From an uncultured Bacteroidales bacterium (lineage in GTDB: Bacteria > Bacteroidota > Bacteroidia > Bacteroidales > DASQZP01), in assembly GCA_963783315.1 (NCBI GenBank), contig CAWAMZ010000036.1:19042-83041 (forward strand): 64,000 nt of DNA. Direction: 5' to 3'. Made by a program: the position numbers and the translations under genes. The stretch's first letter is position 1. Every line of letters begins with the position of its first letter. Positions 30,155 to 40,987 of the stretch are shown one piece after another. The notes beneath the pieces were generated by a model, which was not told the DNA's origin, searched no databases, and was given only the letters and a program-made list of their open reading frames with translations.

Positions 30155-31681
30155 TTAATGTTTGAAATGTCTGATACCTGTAAATACCATAGAAATGCCT
30201 TTTTTGTTACAAAAATCTACAGAATCCTGATCTCTGACAGATCCCCCGGGTTGAATAACGGATGTAACACCCACTTGATGAGCGATTTCCACTGAATCGG
30301 CAAATGGAAAAAAAGCATCAGATGCCATTACCGATCCCTGGAGATTAAAACCAAAACTTTCAGCTTTCTGAATAGCCTGACGAAGTGCGTCTACCCTGGA
30401 TGTTTGTCCGACCCCGCTGGCGATTAACTGTCTGTTACGGGCCAGTACAATGGCATTCGATTTTGTATGCTTTACTATTTTGTTGGCAAAGAGGAGATCC
30501 TGAATGGTTTTTTCATCGGGAACGGATTCAGTAACCGGCTTAAGATCGTCTGCTGTTTCACCCCTCAGGTCCTTATCCTGCACAATTAACCCGTTCAGCA
30601 GTGAACGGTATTGGGTATTTCCCATGTCCCGGCTCTTCAGTATCAGAATGATCCTGTTTTTTTTGGATTTTAATATATCAAGGGCATCTTCGTCATACGA
30701 AGGAGCAATAATTACTTCGAAGAAAAGTTTATTGATCTCTCCAGCTGTTTCTTTGTCCAGTTTGGTGTTTGTAATCAGGATGCCGCCGAATGCAGAAACC
30801 GGATCACCGGCCAGTGCATCTTTGTATGCATCAGTCAGGTTATCCCTTGAAGCAAGCCCACAGGCATTATTATGTTTCATGATAGCAAATGTGGTAGTAC
30901 TGAACTCACTGATCAGATTGACCGCGGCATCAATATCCAGCAGGTTGTTATAGGAAATCTCTTTGCCATGTATCTTGTTGAACATTTTATCAAAATTTCC
31001 ATAATAAAAACCCTGCTGATGCGGATTTTCTCCATATCTCAGTACCTGTCCATGCTGGTTGCTTGCTTTGAAGCTATCGATTTCTTTATTCTGGTTAAAA
31101 TAATTAAAAATAGCTGTGTCGTAATGAGAGGATACATCAAAGGCTTTCGCGGCATAATGTTTACGTTCCTCAACAGAAGTTTCCCCTTTTTTCTCATTTA
31201 ACATTTGCAAAAGCCCTTCATATTGCGAGCGGGAAGAAATAACCAGTACATCTTTAAAATTCTTTGCTGCAGCCCTGATCAAAGAAATACCGCCAATATC
31301 AATTTTCTCAATGATGGATTGTTCATCTGCCCCTGAAGCAACGGTGTCTTCAAAAGGATAAAGATCAACAATTACAAGATCGATTGCCGGAATTTCATAT
31401 TCGTCCAGCTGACTGATATCATTTTTATTGTTACGGCGCGCCAGTATTCCTCCAAAAACCTTGGGATGTAATGTTTTTACCCTGCCTCCCAGAATGGAGG
31501 GGTAGCTGGTAAGATTTTCAACAGGTGTTACAGGAATATTCATCTGGCTGATAAATTCCTGTGTTCCGCCGGTGGAAAAAATTTTAACTCCCAGTTCGTT
31601 GAGTTTTTTTACTATTTCATCAAGATTATCTTTGTGGAATACCGAAATCAGGGCGGTACTGATCTTCTTTAATTCGCTCAT
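30155..31681 (-). CDS. purH: bifunctional AICAR transformylase / IMP cyclohydrolase
   Basis: 508 aa. MGS-like N-terminus (ALISVFHK...STGGT) and an AICARFT domain. Confidence 0.95.
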   Translation of the reverse strand: MSELKKISTALISVFHKDNLDEIVKKLNELGVKIFSTGGTQEFISQMNIPVTPVENLTSYPSILGGRVKTLHPKVFGGILARRNNKNDISQLDEYEIPAIDLVIVDLYPFEDTVASGADEQSIIEKIDIGGISLIRAAAKNFKDVLVISSRSQYEGLLQMLNEKKGETSVEERKHYAAKAFDVSSHYDTAIFNYFNQNKEIDSFKASNQHGQVLRYGENPHQQGFYYGNFDKMFNKIHGKEISYNNLLDIDAAVNLISEFSTTTFAIMKHNNACGLASRDNLTDAYKDALAGDPVSAFGGILITNTKLDKETAGEINKLFFEVIIAPSYDEDALDILKSKKNRIILILKSRDMGNTQYRSLLNGLIVQDKDLRGETADDLKPVTESVPDEKTIQDLLFANKIVKHTKSNAIVLARNRQLIASGVGQTSRVDALRQAIQKAESFGFNLQGSVMASDAFFPFADSVEIAHQVGVTSVIQPGGSVRDQDSVDFCNKKGISMVFTGIRHFKH

Positions 31682-31705
31682 TTACAATATAAAATTAAAT
31701 TTCGA

Positions 31706-31713
31706 CAAAGTTA
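31706..31713 (-). promoter_or_regulatory. candidate Bacteroidota -7 box (TAACTTTG) for purH
   Basis: Exact TAnnTTTG match on the minus strand. The predicted TSS is about 18 nt upstream of the purH ATG. Motif evidence only. Confidence 0.35.
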
Positions 31714-31841
31714 TTAAAAAGTTAATAAAATTGGGTACTTTTAAAATTTAAATACAAGGAATTACCTTTTCAGGGATCACTAAAGTAAATGAAAATTTTA
31801 TATTCGCTTGTAAATTCCTGCTAAAATTAGTTTTCAATTTA

Positions 31842-31849
31842 TAATTTTG
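31842..31849 (+). promoter_or_regulatory. candidate -7 box (TAATTTTG) for the ABC permease gene
   Basis: Exact TAnnTTTG match 22 nt upstream of the ATG at 31871. Motif evidence only. Confidence 0.35.
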
Positions 31850-31870
31850 ATGTAAAATAAACTGATATTC

Positions 31871-33124
31871 ATGCATCAACTCAGGCTGATAAAAGAAAGT
31901 CTCATTTTTGCCTATAACCAGGTGATTGTGAATAAACTTCGCACCTTGCTTTCGTTACTCGGTATTACGATTGGTATATTTGCTATTATATCTGTTTTCA
32001 CTGCAGTGGATTCTCTTGAAAAAAACATACGTGAAAATATTTCAGCGCTTGGCAGTGATATTGTTTACATACAAAAATGGCCCTGGTCGTTTGGTGCTGA
32101 TTATCCCTGGTGGGATTATATGAAAAGGCCCGTGCCGGATATGCGTGATTTTGAAGCTATACAAAGAAAATGTCAGTTGGCACAGGATGTTTCATTTTCT
32201 GTCTCTGCAGGCCGGACTGTAAAGTACAAAGAAAATGCTGCCGATAATGTGGGAGTGTGGGCTAACTCTTATGAATTTCAGAATATTCGGCCTTTTGAAC
32301 TGGCTGAAGGCAGGTATTTTTCATATTTTGAATCGTATTCGGGAAGAAATGTAGCTTTGATCGGAAGTGAACTGGCTACAAAACTTTTTGGCGAAAATCA
32401 GGACCCTCTTAACAAGGTTATTAAAGTAGCCGGTCAAAAAGTTATGATTATCGGAGTTATCAAAAAGGAGGGAAACAGCATTCTCGGTGGCGGCAGCCTG
32501 GATAATTTTGTACTGCTTCCTATAAATTATGCTAAAAATGTGTTTGATATCAAAAGCGACCGGTTGAATCCAATGATTATGGTGCAGGCAAAGCAGGGGG
32601 TATCCACAGCGCAGCTGATGGATGAGCTGAGAATGATTATGCGGTCGGCCAGGAGGCTTAGGCCCACCGAAGAAGACAATTTCGCACTTAACCGCAGCAG
32701 CCTGATTTCACAAGGCATTGATCAGATTTTTGTGGTTATCAACCTGGCAGGATGGATCATTGGTGGTTTCTCTATTCTTGTCGGGGGATTTGGTATTGCC
32801 AATATTATGTTTGTCTCTGTAAAAGAACGCACCCGTATCATTGGAATACAAAAAGCGCTCGGTGCTAAAAAGTCTTTTATTTTACTCCAATTCCTTTATG
32901 AAGCTGTTATACTGGCTGTAAGCGGCGGACTGGTTGGCCTGCTTCTGGTCTTTGCAGGAACATGGGTGGTGCGGCTGGTTTCCGATTTTACCATTGCTCT
33001 TTCTTTGGGTAATGTTGTGCTTGGACTGGGTATCTCAGCAGTTATTGGTATAATCAGCGGATTTACACCAGCTTACAATGCTTCCAGGTTAAACCCGGTG
33101 GTGGCTATCAATACATCATTTTAA
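31871..33124 (+). CDS. ABC transporter permease, MacB/FtsX-like
   Basis: 417 aa. N-terminal TM helix, large periplasmic domain and a C-terminal FtsX-type 3-TM bundle. No adjacent ATPase. Confidence 0.8.
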   Translation: MHQLRLIKESLIFAYNQVIVNKLRTLLSLLGITIGIFAIISVFTAVDSLEKNIRENISALGSDIVYIQKWPWSFGADYPWWDYMKRPVPDMRDFEAIQRKCQLAQDVSFSVSAGRTVKYKENAADNVGVWANSYEFQNIRPFELAEGRYFSYFESYSGRNVALIGSELATKLFGENQDPLNKVIKVAGQKVMIIGVIKKEGNSILGGGSLDNFVLLPINYAKNVFDIKSDRLNPMIMVQAKQGVSTAQLMDELRMIMRSARRLRPTEEDNFALNRSSLISQGIDQIFVVINLAGWIIGGFSILVGGFGIANIMFVSVKERTRIIGIQKALGAKKSFILLQFLYEAVILAVSGGLVGLLLVFAGTWVVRLVSDFTIALSLGNVVLGLGISAVIGIISGFTPAYNASRLNPVVAINTSF

Positions 33125-33174
33125 ATAAAGTGTCAATAGTATACTATCGAACCGGATATTTTTACCCCTGAAAA

Positions 33175-33948
33175 TTAACCCTGCCTTTGCTCAGAAATAA
33201 GATTAGTGAGCTGAATAAATTGTTCAACTCCTAATCGTTCTGCCCTTAAACTTAATATATCAGTCTGAGGCGGTGATCCGGGGAATAATCCCTTCAGGGC
33301 ATTTCGCAGCGTTTTACGGCGTTGGTTGAAGGCTGTTTTCACTACCTTAACGAACAATGTTTCGTCACAGTCAAGTTTTTCTGTATGGTTTCTGGTAAGG
33401 CGGATTACCGCAGATTTTACTTTTGGTGGTGGAGAAAAAACGTGCTCACTGACGGTAAAAAGATATTCGATATCGTAGTATGCCTGCAGTAGAACACTCA
33501 GAATGCCATAGGTCTTACTTCCGGGAGGAGTGGCTATTCTTTCGGCAACTTCTTTTTGTATCATGCATACCACATAAGGTATCTGCTGACGAAGTTCCAG
33601 TATTTTAAAGAAAATCTGACTGGAAATATTATAAGGGAAATTGCCAATGACAGAAAAGGGAGTGTCAAAATATTTTTCCAAATTCACTTTAAGAAAGTCA
33701 GCTTCTATTATATCTAATGATGGATATTTCTTTTTCAGATAAGCAACAGACTCCCTGTCAATCTCAATTACAGTGGTACTGAATGCGCTGTTTTCGGTAA
33801 GGAAAGCTGTTAAAACACCTGTTCCCGGACCAATTTCCAGCACCTTTTCTGTTGGAGGGTTTTCAAGTGACTGAACTATTTTGACGGCAATGTTCTGATC
33901 TTTCAGAAAATGCTGTCCCAGACTTTTTTTTGCTCTTATCTGATCCAT
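33175..33948 (-). CDS. rsmA: 16S rRNA (adenine1518/1519-N6)-dimethyltransferase
   Basis: 257 aa. KSLGQHFL start and SAM motif EIGPGTG. Confidence 0.93.
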   Translation of the reverse strand: MDQIRAKKSLGQHFLKDQNIAVKIVQSLENPPTEKVLEIGPGTGVLTAFLTENSAFSTTVIEIDRESVAYLKKKYPSLDIIEADFLKVNLEKYFDTPFSVIGNFPYNISSQIFFKILELRQQIPYVVCMIQKEVAERIATPPGSKTYGILSVLLQAYYDIEYLFTVSEHVFSPPPKVKSAVIRLTRNHTEKLDCDETLFVKVVKTAFNQRRKTLRNALKGLFPGSPPQTDILSLRAERLGVEQFIQLTNLISEQRQG

Positions 33949-33974
33949 AATTTACAAATGCATCTTACTGCCGG

Positions 33975-33982
33975 CAAATGTA
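33975..33982 (-). promoter_or_regulatory. candidate -7 box (TACATTTG) for rsmA
   Basis: Exact TAnnTTTG match on the minus strand. The predicted 5' UTR is about 20 nt. Motif evidence only. Confidence 0.35.
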
Positions 33983-34105
33983 TATACTTTGCATGAGTCA
34001 GTCATGCTTTTTTAAAAATCAATCTGCTTTTTTCAGGATTTAATTGATATCTGAGACTTTCTCAGCGTCTGAAAGGGAGTGTGAAATAATATTTAAATTC
34101 AAGAA

Positions 34106-34669
34106 CTACCTGTTTGGATCTTCATCCACCAGTGGTTCAGATTGCAATTTGTTCAGTAATTCGGCTGCCCGGTGAGGTGTTGTTACTCCCGTTTCCTGAT
34201 AGTTATTCAATGCATGAAGGAGGTCTCTGTTCTCAGCCCTTTCATGCCGGTTTAACACTTCCATCAATACGTGATGTGCACCGTTTTTCACATACGGATC
34301 TTTCACGTGTGCAATTACATATTTCAGAAGAGGAATGAGTGATGTCCTTCCCCGTTCTATAAGACCTTCAGCGGCTATCCAACGGATGTCGCTTTCGTAG
34401 TCATTAAGCAGGGAAAGCAGTTTAGGAATTGAATCGTCCGTATCCACCGACCGAATGATCTGTGCGGCTTCCCATCTCAATTGACGGTGTTTGGAATTTA
34501 CCAGTTTGTAAATTTGCGTTAAAATATCAGCTCCTTTTTCAATCAGTTTATTCCTGGCATCCAGCCTTTTAATTGTTCTTTCGCTCAGCAATCCCGGTAT
34601 CTCTGCCAGTACATCTTCAGTTAACTCATCGGGATTTATGTCATCAGGTAAATTTACTTCAGGGTTCAT
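34106..34669 (-). CDS. HEAT-repeat protein
   Basis: 187 aa, all-helical, with repeated units of the xxxRWxAAxxL type (RWEAAQII, IRWIAAEGLI). Confidence 0.6.
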   Translation of the reverse strand: MNPEVNLPDDINPDELTEDVLAEIPGLLSERTIKRLDARNKLIEKGADILTQIYKLVNSKHRQLRWEAAQIIRSVDTDDSIPKLLSLLNDYESDIRWIAAEGLIERGRTSLIPLLKYVIAHVKDPYVKNGAHHVLMEVLNRHERAENRDLLHALNNYQETGVTTPHRAAELLNKLQSEPLVDEDPNR

Positions 34670-34985
34670 GTGGCTTTACTTTTATTTGAAACAAAAATCT
34701 ACTAAATGTAACTAAAAAATATTAATGTCTCAGATAAAAATGCAACCAAAATGGCCTTTTAGGACCAATTTGCTGTTATTTTAAACTATTGTTTTTGCTG
34801 AGACAATTCAGATATCCATTTGGGAGCATAAATTGGATGATAATATTATTTTCAGAAAAAAGATAAATAATCAGGCAATTGAAATCCACGATAACATCAT
34901 TCAAATATTGTGGAAAAATTTACTCAGCGTGCAGGAGGATCCACATTTAGTATTTGTTGCTTTTCGGATAATAAATTATATAAAA

Positions 34986-35016
34986 TATAAAAAGAGGGCA
35001 GGCAACAGCCCACTCT
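34986..35016 (-). terminator. intrinsic terminator after gnd
   Basis: Minus-strand RNA reads AGAGUGGGC-UGUUGCCU-GCCCUCU (one bulge), followed by UUUUUAUAUUUUAU. Confidence 0.55.
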
Positions 35017-35047
35017 CTTTTAAGTTACTTTGAAATTTACTTTGAGA

Positions 35048-36019
35048 TTATTCCTGGTTTCTGGTAAGTCCTTCCTGGTGCATACTCAGTCTTCCTTCCT
35101 CTCTTTCTTTGGCAATTGAATCATCAGGGCCAAAGGGGTGTTGTCCGAAACCATGGCGCATCATAGCAATTGCTTTTGCCCAGCGGTTTTCATCATCGCG
35201 GGATGCAATGAGTTGCATGACAGACTGAGCGATTACGGGAGTCGAAACTTCCATGTTCATGGCATCATTAACCAGCCAGTTTACTTCACCGGTGTCTTCC
35301 ACGTAGGAGGGAATGCTATCAAGACCGTTTTTGTCTTTATAAACCTCGTGCATCAGGTCGACCAGCCAGGAGCGTATTACCGATCCGTGTCGCCAGCAAC
35401 TGAGTACTTCTGGGATATCAAGCTTTTGATTATAATGTGTGAGCAGGTCAATTCCTTCACCGATAGCCTGCAGCATACCGAATTCGATGCCGTTGTGTAC
35501 CAGTTTTACAAAGTGGCCTGAACCGGGAGGGCCGGTATGAGTATAGCCTCCCTCTACTGATAATGATTTGAGTATGGGTTCAATTAATTCAATAGCTTCT
35601 TTTTCGCCGCCGGCCATAAAGCAGGCCCCGTTTCTGGCACCGGTAATACCACCGCTGGTTCCGCAGTCAATAAAATGGATGCCTGTTTTTTTCAAACGTT
35701 CGTACCGGTTAATTGAATCACCCCAATAAGAGTTGCCGCCATCTACCAGTATGTCTCCGGGTTCAAGAATATCTTTCAGCTGATCGATCACCTTATCTAC
35801 TATTTTGCCTGCCGGGACATACAAAAAAACAATGCGGGGACCTTCATCAAGCGAGGTAATCTTTTCCAGTCCACTCATCTCTTTTACTCCTTTTTGTTTT
35901 ATGGAGTCATCCATCCCCTTGTTGTCATACCCGTATACAGTGAAATCTTTTTCACTTGCCTGTATAGCAATATTTCCTCCCATTTTGCCCAATCCGATTA
36001 TAAAAAATGTCTTTTTCAT
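35048..36019 (-). CDS. gnd: 6-phosphogluconate dehydrogenase, decarboxylating, short (YqeC-like) form
   Basis: 323 aa. NAD(P)-binding GLGKMGGN and 6PGDH core motifs (GGNSYW, KLVHNGIE). Confidence 0.85.
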   Translation of the reverse strand: MKKTFFIIGLGKMGGNIAIQASEKDFTVYGYDNKGMDDSIKQKGVKEMSGLEKITSLDEGPRIVFLYVPAGKIVDKVIDQLKDILEPGDILVDGGNSYWGDSINRYERLKKTGIHFIDCGTSGGITGARNGACFMAGGEKEAIELIEPILKSLSVEGGYTHTGPPGSGHFVKLVHNGIEFGMLQAIGEGIDLLTHYNQKLDIPEVLSCWRHGSVIRSWLVDLMHEVYKDKNGLDSIPSYVEDTGEVNWLVNDAMNMEVSTPVIAQSVMQLIASRDDENRWAKAIAMMRHGFGQHPFGPDDSIAKEREEGRLSMHQEGLTRNQE

Positions 36020-36382
36020 AATAAGGTATTTGTTTGATTATTAATTTGTTGTTTAATATATTTATAGAATCTACGTCGTCTTCTTTTGAGTATTTTGATA
36101 TAGCCTTTTCAGGTTATCCGTAGTGTTTTCCGAAGATTGATTTTATGCAGAGCAGCTTATTGTAGTAGGTTGTGAATTGCTGTATCTGTCTGACAGCAAA
36201 ACCATACACTTGTTTAGAGAAGCAAAGGTGATGCCACAATTAAAAAGGAAAGGATAAATAAGGAAGTTGAATTTCCTGTTTCAGAATATAAAAAGTCTGT
36301 ATGCTAAGCAAAATTTCTTTATGCTTGCAAGATGGAGTCTTTAGATGCTTTTTTATGTTTCATGGCACCGGTGGTGTTGCAA

Positions 36383-38221
36383 TTAATTTACCAGCTTGTT
36401 CCAGAGCTTAAACAACGCAAAAGCAGATAATACGGCAATTACGGCAAAGACAGAAGTAAGCAGCATGTTGCCGTAAAGAAAGTTTCCCGTAGCAAACAGA
36501 GTGCTGTATACCGAAGCACTGCCCAAACTCATGCAGAGAATGCCGGTAGGTACATCCCACTTCATATCTTTTTCTTTCACCAGTTCAATGTTTGCTTCCC
36601 TTGCGCGTTTTACCACGGGTTTCCATCCGGGTCCGCCGGGTCTTATTTTGGTATAGAAACTGCGTAATACCTGTTCATCAGAAGGAGGAGTAAGAAATGT
36701 AACGATGATCCACGTAATGGTGGTGAGCAATACAATCCCGGTAAATTTAATGATATTCCAATAGGTCATGGTGGTTGCAAAACCGGCGATCAGGACTCTG
36801 CCGTCAGCCAAAGGGGCCAGTGACAGGTTTTCCGTCAATATGAATACGATGGAGAAAACACTGGCTGCGATCATGGCAGAAAATTCTGACCATGCATTGA
36901 TACGCCACCAGAACCATCTCAATATATAGATCAGGCCAGTACCTGCACCGATCATCAGCATGTACTGAAAAGCCTGCAGGGCATTTTGCAGGATAAGAGC
37001 CAGGAGCACACTGAAAAACATCAGAAGGACTGTACTTAACCGGCCAAAGCGTACTTTTTGTTTCTCGGTGGCTGTTGGGTTGAGGAATCGTCCGTAGAAA
37101 TCGTTTACCATGTACGATGAACCCCAGTTAAGCTGTGAGGCCACAGTTGACATAAACGCTGCGATCAGGGAGGCAACAACCAGTCCGAGCAGTCCCACCG
37201 GCAGAAATTCCCGAAGCATGGCCGGGTAGGCAAAATCATTTTTAATATACTGAGTGGATACTTCCGGAAATGCATGCACCATTGACTGAATATCGGGAAA
37301 AATGATCAGTGATCCCAGTCCGACGATGATCCAGGGCCAGGGTCGAAGGGCATAATGAAAAAAATTGAACAGCAGGGTCGCCCCGATAGCATGTTTCTCT
37401 GATTTGGCAGAAAGCATACGTTGGGCAATATAACCGCCACCGCCGGGTTCGGCACCCGGGTACCAGGCTGCCCACCACTGGATGGACAGCGGGATAAGAA
37501 AAACACTGATAAATATCTCAGGTTTTGAAAAATCCGGAATCAGGTCAAGTTTTGTTTTGACGGCGGGATTAGCAAAAAGGTTAGCCAGGCTGCCGATCTC
37601 AGGAGCTCTGACAACGTAAACTGCAGCAATTACAGCCCCGAACATGGCAAAACTGAACTGAAACAAATCGGTCCACAGGATTGACTTCAATCCTCCCAGT
37701 GTAGCATATCCCAAAACGACAACAGAAGCAATAATCAGTGCCGGAGCAGGCTGAAGGCCAAGCATCACCGCGGCAATTTTAATAAAAGCCAGGGAAACAC
37801 TGGCAATAACCATTACGTTAAAGAAAAAGCCAAGATATATTGCCCTGAATCCTCTCAGAAAAGCAGCGGTTTTTCCGCTGTACCGTATTTCATAAAACTC
37901 CAGGTCGGTCATCACTTTAGAACGGTTCCAAAGCTTTGCATAGACAAACACAGTGAGCATGCCGGTAAGCAAAAATGCCCACCAGAGCCAGTTACTGGCC
38001 ACTCCGCCTGTACGGACCATGTCGGTTACCAGGTTAGGGGTGTCACAGGAAAAAGTTGTAGCAACCATTGATACGCCCAGCAGCCACCAGGGCATGCTTC
38101 TGCCCGAAAGGAAAAAATTTGCAGTATTCTCTCCTGCTCCCCTGGATGCAATATATCCAATGGTAAGAAGAATAGCAAAAAAAGCAATGACAATAATCCA
38201 GTCCAGCGGTTGCAGTACCAT
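36383..38221 (-). CDS. sodium:solute symporter family (SSF) transporter
   Basis: About 612 aa and polytopic. The ATG at 38221 (MVLQPLDWIIV...) is preferred, because the longer ORF-track start overlaps the pgi terminator. Confidence 0.8.
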   Translation of the reverse strand: MVLQPLDWIIVIAFFAILLTIGYIASRGAGENTANFFLSGRSMPWWLLGVSMVATTFSCDTPNLVTDMVRTGGVASNWLWWAFLLTGMLTVFVYAKLWNRSKVMTDLEFYEIRYSGKTAAFLRGFRAIYLGFFFNVMVIASVSLAFIKIAAVMLGLQPAPALIIASVVVLGYATLGGLKSILWTDLFQFSFAMFGAVIAAVYVVRAPEIGSLANLFANPAVKTKLDLIPDFSKPEIFISVFLIPLSIQWWAAWYPGAEPGGGGYIAQRMLSAKSEKHAIGATLLFNFFHYALRPWPWIIVGLGSLIIFPDIQSMVHAFPEVSTQYIKNDFAYPAMLREFLPVGLLGLVVASLIAAFMSTVASQLNWGSSYMVNDFYGRFLNPTATEKQKVRFGRLSTVLLMFFSVLLALILQNALQAFQYMLMIGAGTGLIYILRWFWWRINAWSEFSAMIAASVFSIVFILTENLSLAPLADGRVLIAGFATTMTYWNIIKFTGIVLLTTITWIIVTFLTPPSDEQVLRSFYTKIRPGGPGWKPVVKRAREANIELVKEKDMKWDVPTGILCMSLGSASVYSTLFATGNFLYGNMLLTSVFAVIAVLSAFALFKLWNKLVN

Positions 38222-38300
38222 AGTCCTTTTTTTAATATTGAAAACGCAAGATACACATTTCTCCAGAAAATTATCATGGTATTTCAGGCTGATATAACAT

Positions 38301-38328
38301 AAAAAAAGCACACCTGTTTCAGATGTGC
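38301..38328 (-). terminator. intrinsic terminator after pgi
   Basis: GCACA (38308-38312) pairs with TGTGC (38324-38328). The minus strand follows with U7 (complement of the A7 at 38301-38307). Confidence 0.5.
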
Positions 38329-38361
38329 GCTTTTGATTTTGTTAATCCTGGGGGCTATATC

Positions 38362-39708
38362 CTATTTGAGTTTTTCCTTGATCTTTTTGGTTTCTTCTTC
38401 GTATCCGGGTTTTTCGAGCAGTGCAAACATGTTTTTCTTGTATGCTTCAACACCAGGTTGGTTAAATGGATTGATGCCAAGGGTATAGCCACTGATGGCA
38501 CATGCTTTTTCGAAGAAATACATGACCTGTCCCAGGTAATATTCGGTAAGTTCTGGTATTTCTATGTGTATATTGGGAACTCCTCCGTCCACATGGGCAA
38601 TCATGGTTCCGAGCTCAGCCATTTTATTTACCTTGTCATAACGCTGGTTTGCCAGAAAATTCAGGCCGTCGAGATTATCAGGATCAACGGGTATTTTCAG
38701 GTCGCGATCAGGTTTTTTAATGGAAAGGACGATCTCAAATAGGTTACGTTCCCCTTCCTGGATAAACTGACCCATTGAGTGCAGGTCAGCAGTAAAATTC
38801 ACACTGGCAGGGAAGATACCTTTGTGCTCCTTGCCTTCACTTTCTCCATAAAGTTGTTTCCACCATTCTGAGAGGTAACGAAGTTTCGGCATATAATTTA
38901 CCAGTATTTCAGTTTTCTTACCCGACCGGTACAATGCATTTCTGGCTGCAGCATACAGAGAAGCAGGATTTTCTGCAAAAGGGACACTTCTGTCAGTAAG
39001 TTTTTCCATGGAGCGCATGCCTTCAATCAGTTGTCTGATGTTAAAACCACCAACTGCCAGTGGCAACAGTCCTACAGGAGTTAATACAGAGTAGCGGCCT
39101 CCAACATCATCAGGTATAACAAAGGTTTTGTAACCCTCGGTATCTGATAACTGTCGAAGAGCTCCGCGCGATTTGTCAGTAACGGCAACGATCAGTTCCC
39201 TGGATTTCTCCCTGCCAACTTTTTCTTCGAGGTGGTTTTTCAGCAACCGGAATGCAACGGCAGGTTCTGTTGTTGTCCCGGATTTTGAAATTACCACGAT
39301 TGCATAATTCTTGTGGTCCAGAATATCAAACAATTCAGAATGGTAATCTTCGCTGAGGTTATTTCCTGCAAAAAGCAACAGCGGTGCATTGTGAGAAGGA
39401 AGCAGATGATTGAAACTGTGAGACAGTGCTTCGTTAATTGCTTTGGCTCCCAGATAGGATCCGCCAATTCCGACGACAACCACAACCTCTGCTTTTTTCT
39501 TCAGGCTGGCAGCAGTTGCTTCAATATCCTCAATATGATCCTCCGTTATGGATGAAGGTAGATGTAGCCAGCCCAGGAAGTCACTGCCTGCTCCGGTTTT
39601 ATCATGGATGGTATCCATGTGTTTGTTAATCTCTTTCTCATACCCGTATACTGTTTCCCGTGAAACAAAGTCAAAGGTTTTGTCAATATTCAACTTAATA
39701 TTTTCCAT
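38362..39708 (-). CDS. pgi: glucose-6-phosphate isomerase
   Basis: 448 aa. PGI motifs ([23 protein letters not shown]). Confidence 0.93.
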   Translation of the reverse strand: MENIKLNIDKTFDFVSRETVYGYEKEINKHMDTIHDKTGAGSDFLGWLHLPSSITEDHIEDIEATAASLKKKAEVVVVVGIGGSYLGAKAINEALSHSFNHLLPSHNAPLLLFAGNNLSEDYHSELFDILDHKNYAIVVISKSGTTTEPAVAFRLLKNHLEEKVGREKSRELIVAVTDKSRGALRQLSDTEGYKTFVIPDDVGGRYSVLTPVGLLPLAVGGFNIRQLIEGMRSMEKLTDRSVPFAENPASLYAAARNALYRSGKKTEILVNYMPKLRYLSEWWKQLYGESEGKEHKGIFPASVNFTADLHSMGQFIQEGERNLFEIVLSIKKPDRDLKIPVDPDNLDGLNFLANQRYDKVNKMAELGTMIAHVDGGVPNIHIEIPELTEYYLGQVMYFFEKACAISGYTLGINPFNQPGVEAYKKNMFALLEKPGYEEETKKIKEKLK

Positions 39709-39882
39709 GATTAAAATGTTGTTTTATTGTTAATTGCTGAATGAGCAGATTTTATTATCAATTTAATGAGATATGTTTAGATACTGTGCCTGAACAACCA
39801 TATTTAAATGCATTTTGTTTATTGGGACCGGAGTTTTTTGGCCGGCAAATGAAAAACTTAACATTTATTCACATTGGGTCGA

Positions 39883-40929
39883 TCAGTGAAAACTATCAGC
39901 CAGCAGTTTGATTTCAATTTTTGGTGATATTTTTTCGTACAGAATATTATATACAGCATCAGTGATCGGCATCTTTACGTGAAACTTTTCATTGATTTGT
40001 TTGATACAGCTGACTGAATAATATCCTTCCGCAATCATGTTCATCTCCAGCTGTGCAGATTTAACTGAATACCCTTTGCCAATCATAGTCCCGAATGTGC
40101 GGTTACGGCTGAACTGACTGTAAGCAGTAACCAGCAGGTCCCCCAGGTAAGCCGAACTGTTAATCTTTCTCTTGTTTTTATAGGTTGTGTCCAGGAAACG
40201 TTTAATTTCCTGTATGGCATTTGAAATCAGTACGGCCTGAAAATTATCTCCATAGCCAAGTCCGTGACAGATACCTGCTGCAATAGCAAAAATATTTTTC
40301 AGTACAGCTGAATATTCAGTGCCGTAAATGTCTTTTGATGTAATGGTTTTGATATAGTGGCAATCGAGCAGGCTGGCAATTTCACCCGCCTTCCTAAGGC
40401 TTTTGGACGCAATCGTCAGATAGGAAAGTCTTTCAAGTGCAACCTCTTCGGCATGGCACGGGCCCGTAATAATACCAATTGAATTGAACGGAACATTATA
40501 GAACTTATTAAAGAATTCTGCTATGGTTAGATTTTCTTCCGGTATTATTCCCTTAATAGCAGATACTATAAATTTACCATCAAGGTTCTCCTTCATGTCT
40601 TTGATGGTGTCCTTCAGGAATGCTGAAGGAGTAACGAAAATAATTACAGATGATTTACGGATTGTTTCATTCAGGTCGTTGTGCAAGGTGAGTTTCCCGA
40701 GGTCCAGTTCCACTGAACTCAGATATTTGGGATTATGCCCCCATTTCCTGATATATTCAGTAGTGTCAGGATTTCTTATGTACCAGTTTACATTATCAAC
40801 ATTATTCAGAAGCATTTTGATGATGGCTGTAGCCCAGCTTCCGCTGCCTACGACACCTATCTGAGGGTTTTCTGTGTGATGGTTTGCCGGCAGTGTTTTT
40901 TCTTTTTTTTCTGACTTTTCGTTTGTCAT
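39883..40929 (-). CDS. gpsA: NAD(P)H-dependent glycerol-3-phosphate dehydrogenase
   Basis: 348 aa. Dinucleotide fold GSGSWATA. Carries a K/E-rich N-terminal extension of about 22 aa. Confidence 0.88.
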   Translation of the reverse strand: MTNEKSEKKEKTLPANHHTENPQIGVVGSGSWATAIIKMLLNNVDNVNWYIRNPDTTEYIRKWGHNPKYLSSVELDLGKLTLHNDLNETIRKSSVIIFVTPSAFLKDTIKDMKENLDGKFIVSAIKGIIPEENLTIAEFFNKFYNVPFNSIGIITGPCHAEEVALERLSYLTIASKSLRKAGEIASLLDCHYIKTITSKDIYGTEYSAVLKNIFAIAAGICHGLGYGDNFQAVLISNAIQEIKRFLDTTYKNKRKINSSAYLGDLLVTAYSQFSRNRTFGTMIGKGYSVKSAQLEMNMIAEGYYSVSCIKQINEKFHVKMPITDAVYNILYEKISPKIEIKLLADSFH

Positions 40930-40987
40930 TGCCTTAGTGCGAATATTTTTGAATCATAAAAATGTCTGTGTGCAGTTAATTTATTCT

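Noticed and set aside
33991-34013. Plus-strand terminator-like hairpin GCATGA-gtcag-TCATGC followed by T6, in a region where both neighbouring genes are on the minus strand.
   Set aside because: The stem is only 6 bp and there is no plus-strand gene or promoter motif upstream. It sits just upstream of the predicted rsmA -7 box and may be incidental.
34833-35033. 66-aa plus-strand ORF in the HEAT/gnd spacer.
   Set aside because: It has a non-ATG start and AT-rich low-complexity sequence, and its 3' end runs through the gnd terminator hairpin.
38222-38311. 30-codon N-terminal extension of the SSF transporter in the ORF track.
   Set aside because: The extension overlaps the pgi terminator hairpin and U-run (38301-38328). 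The hydrophobic core starts right after the Met at 38221.
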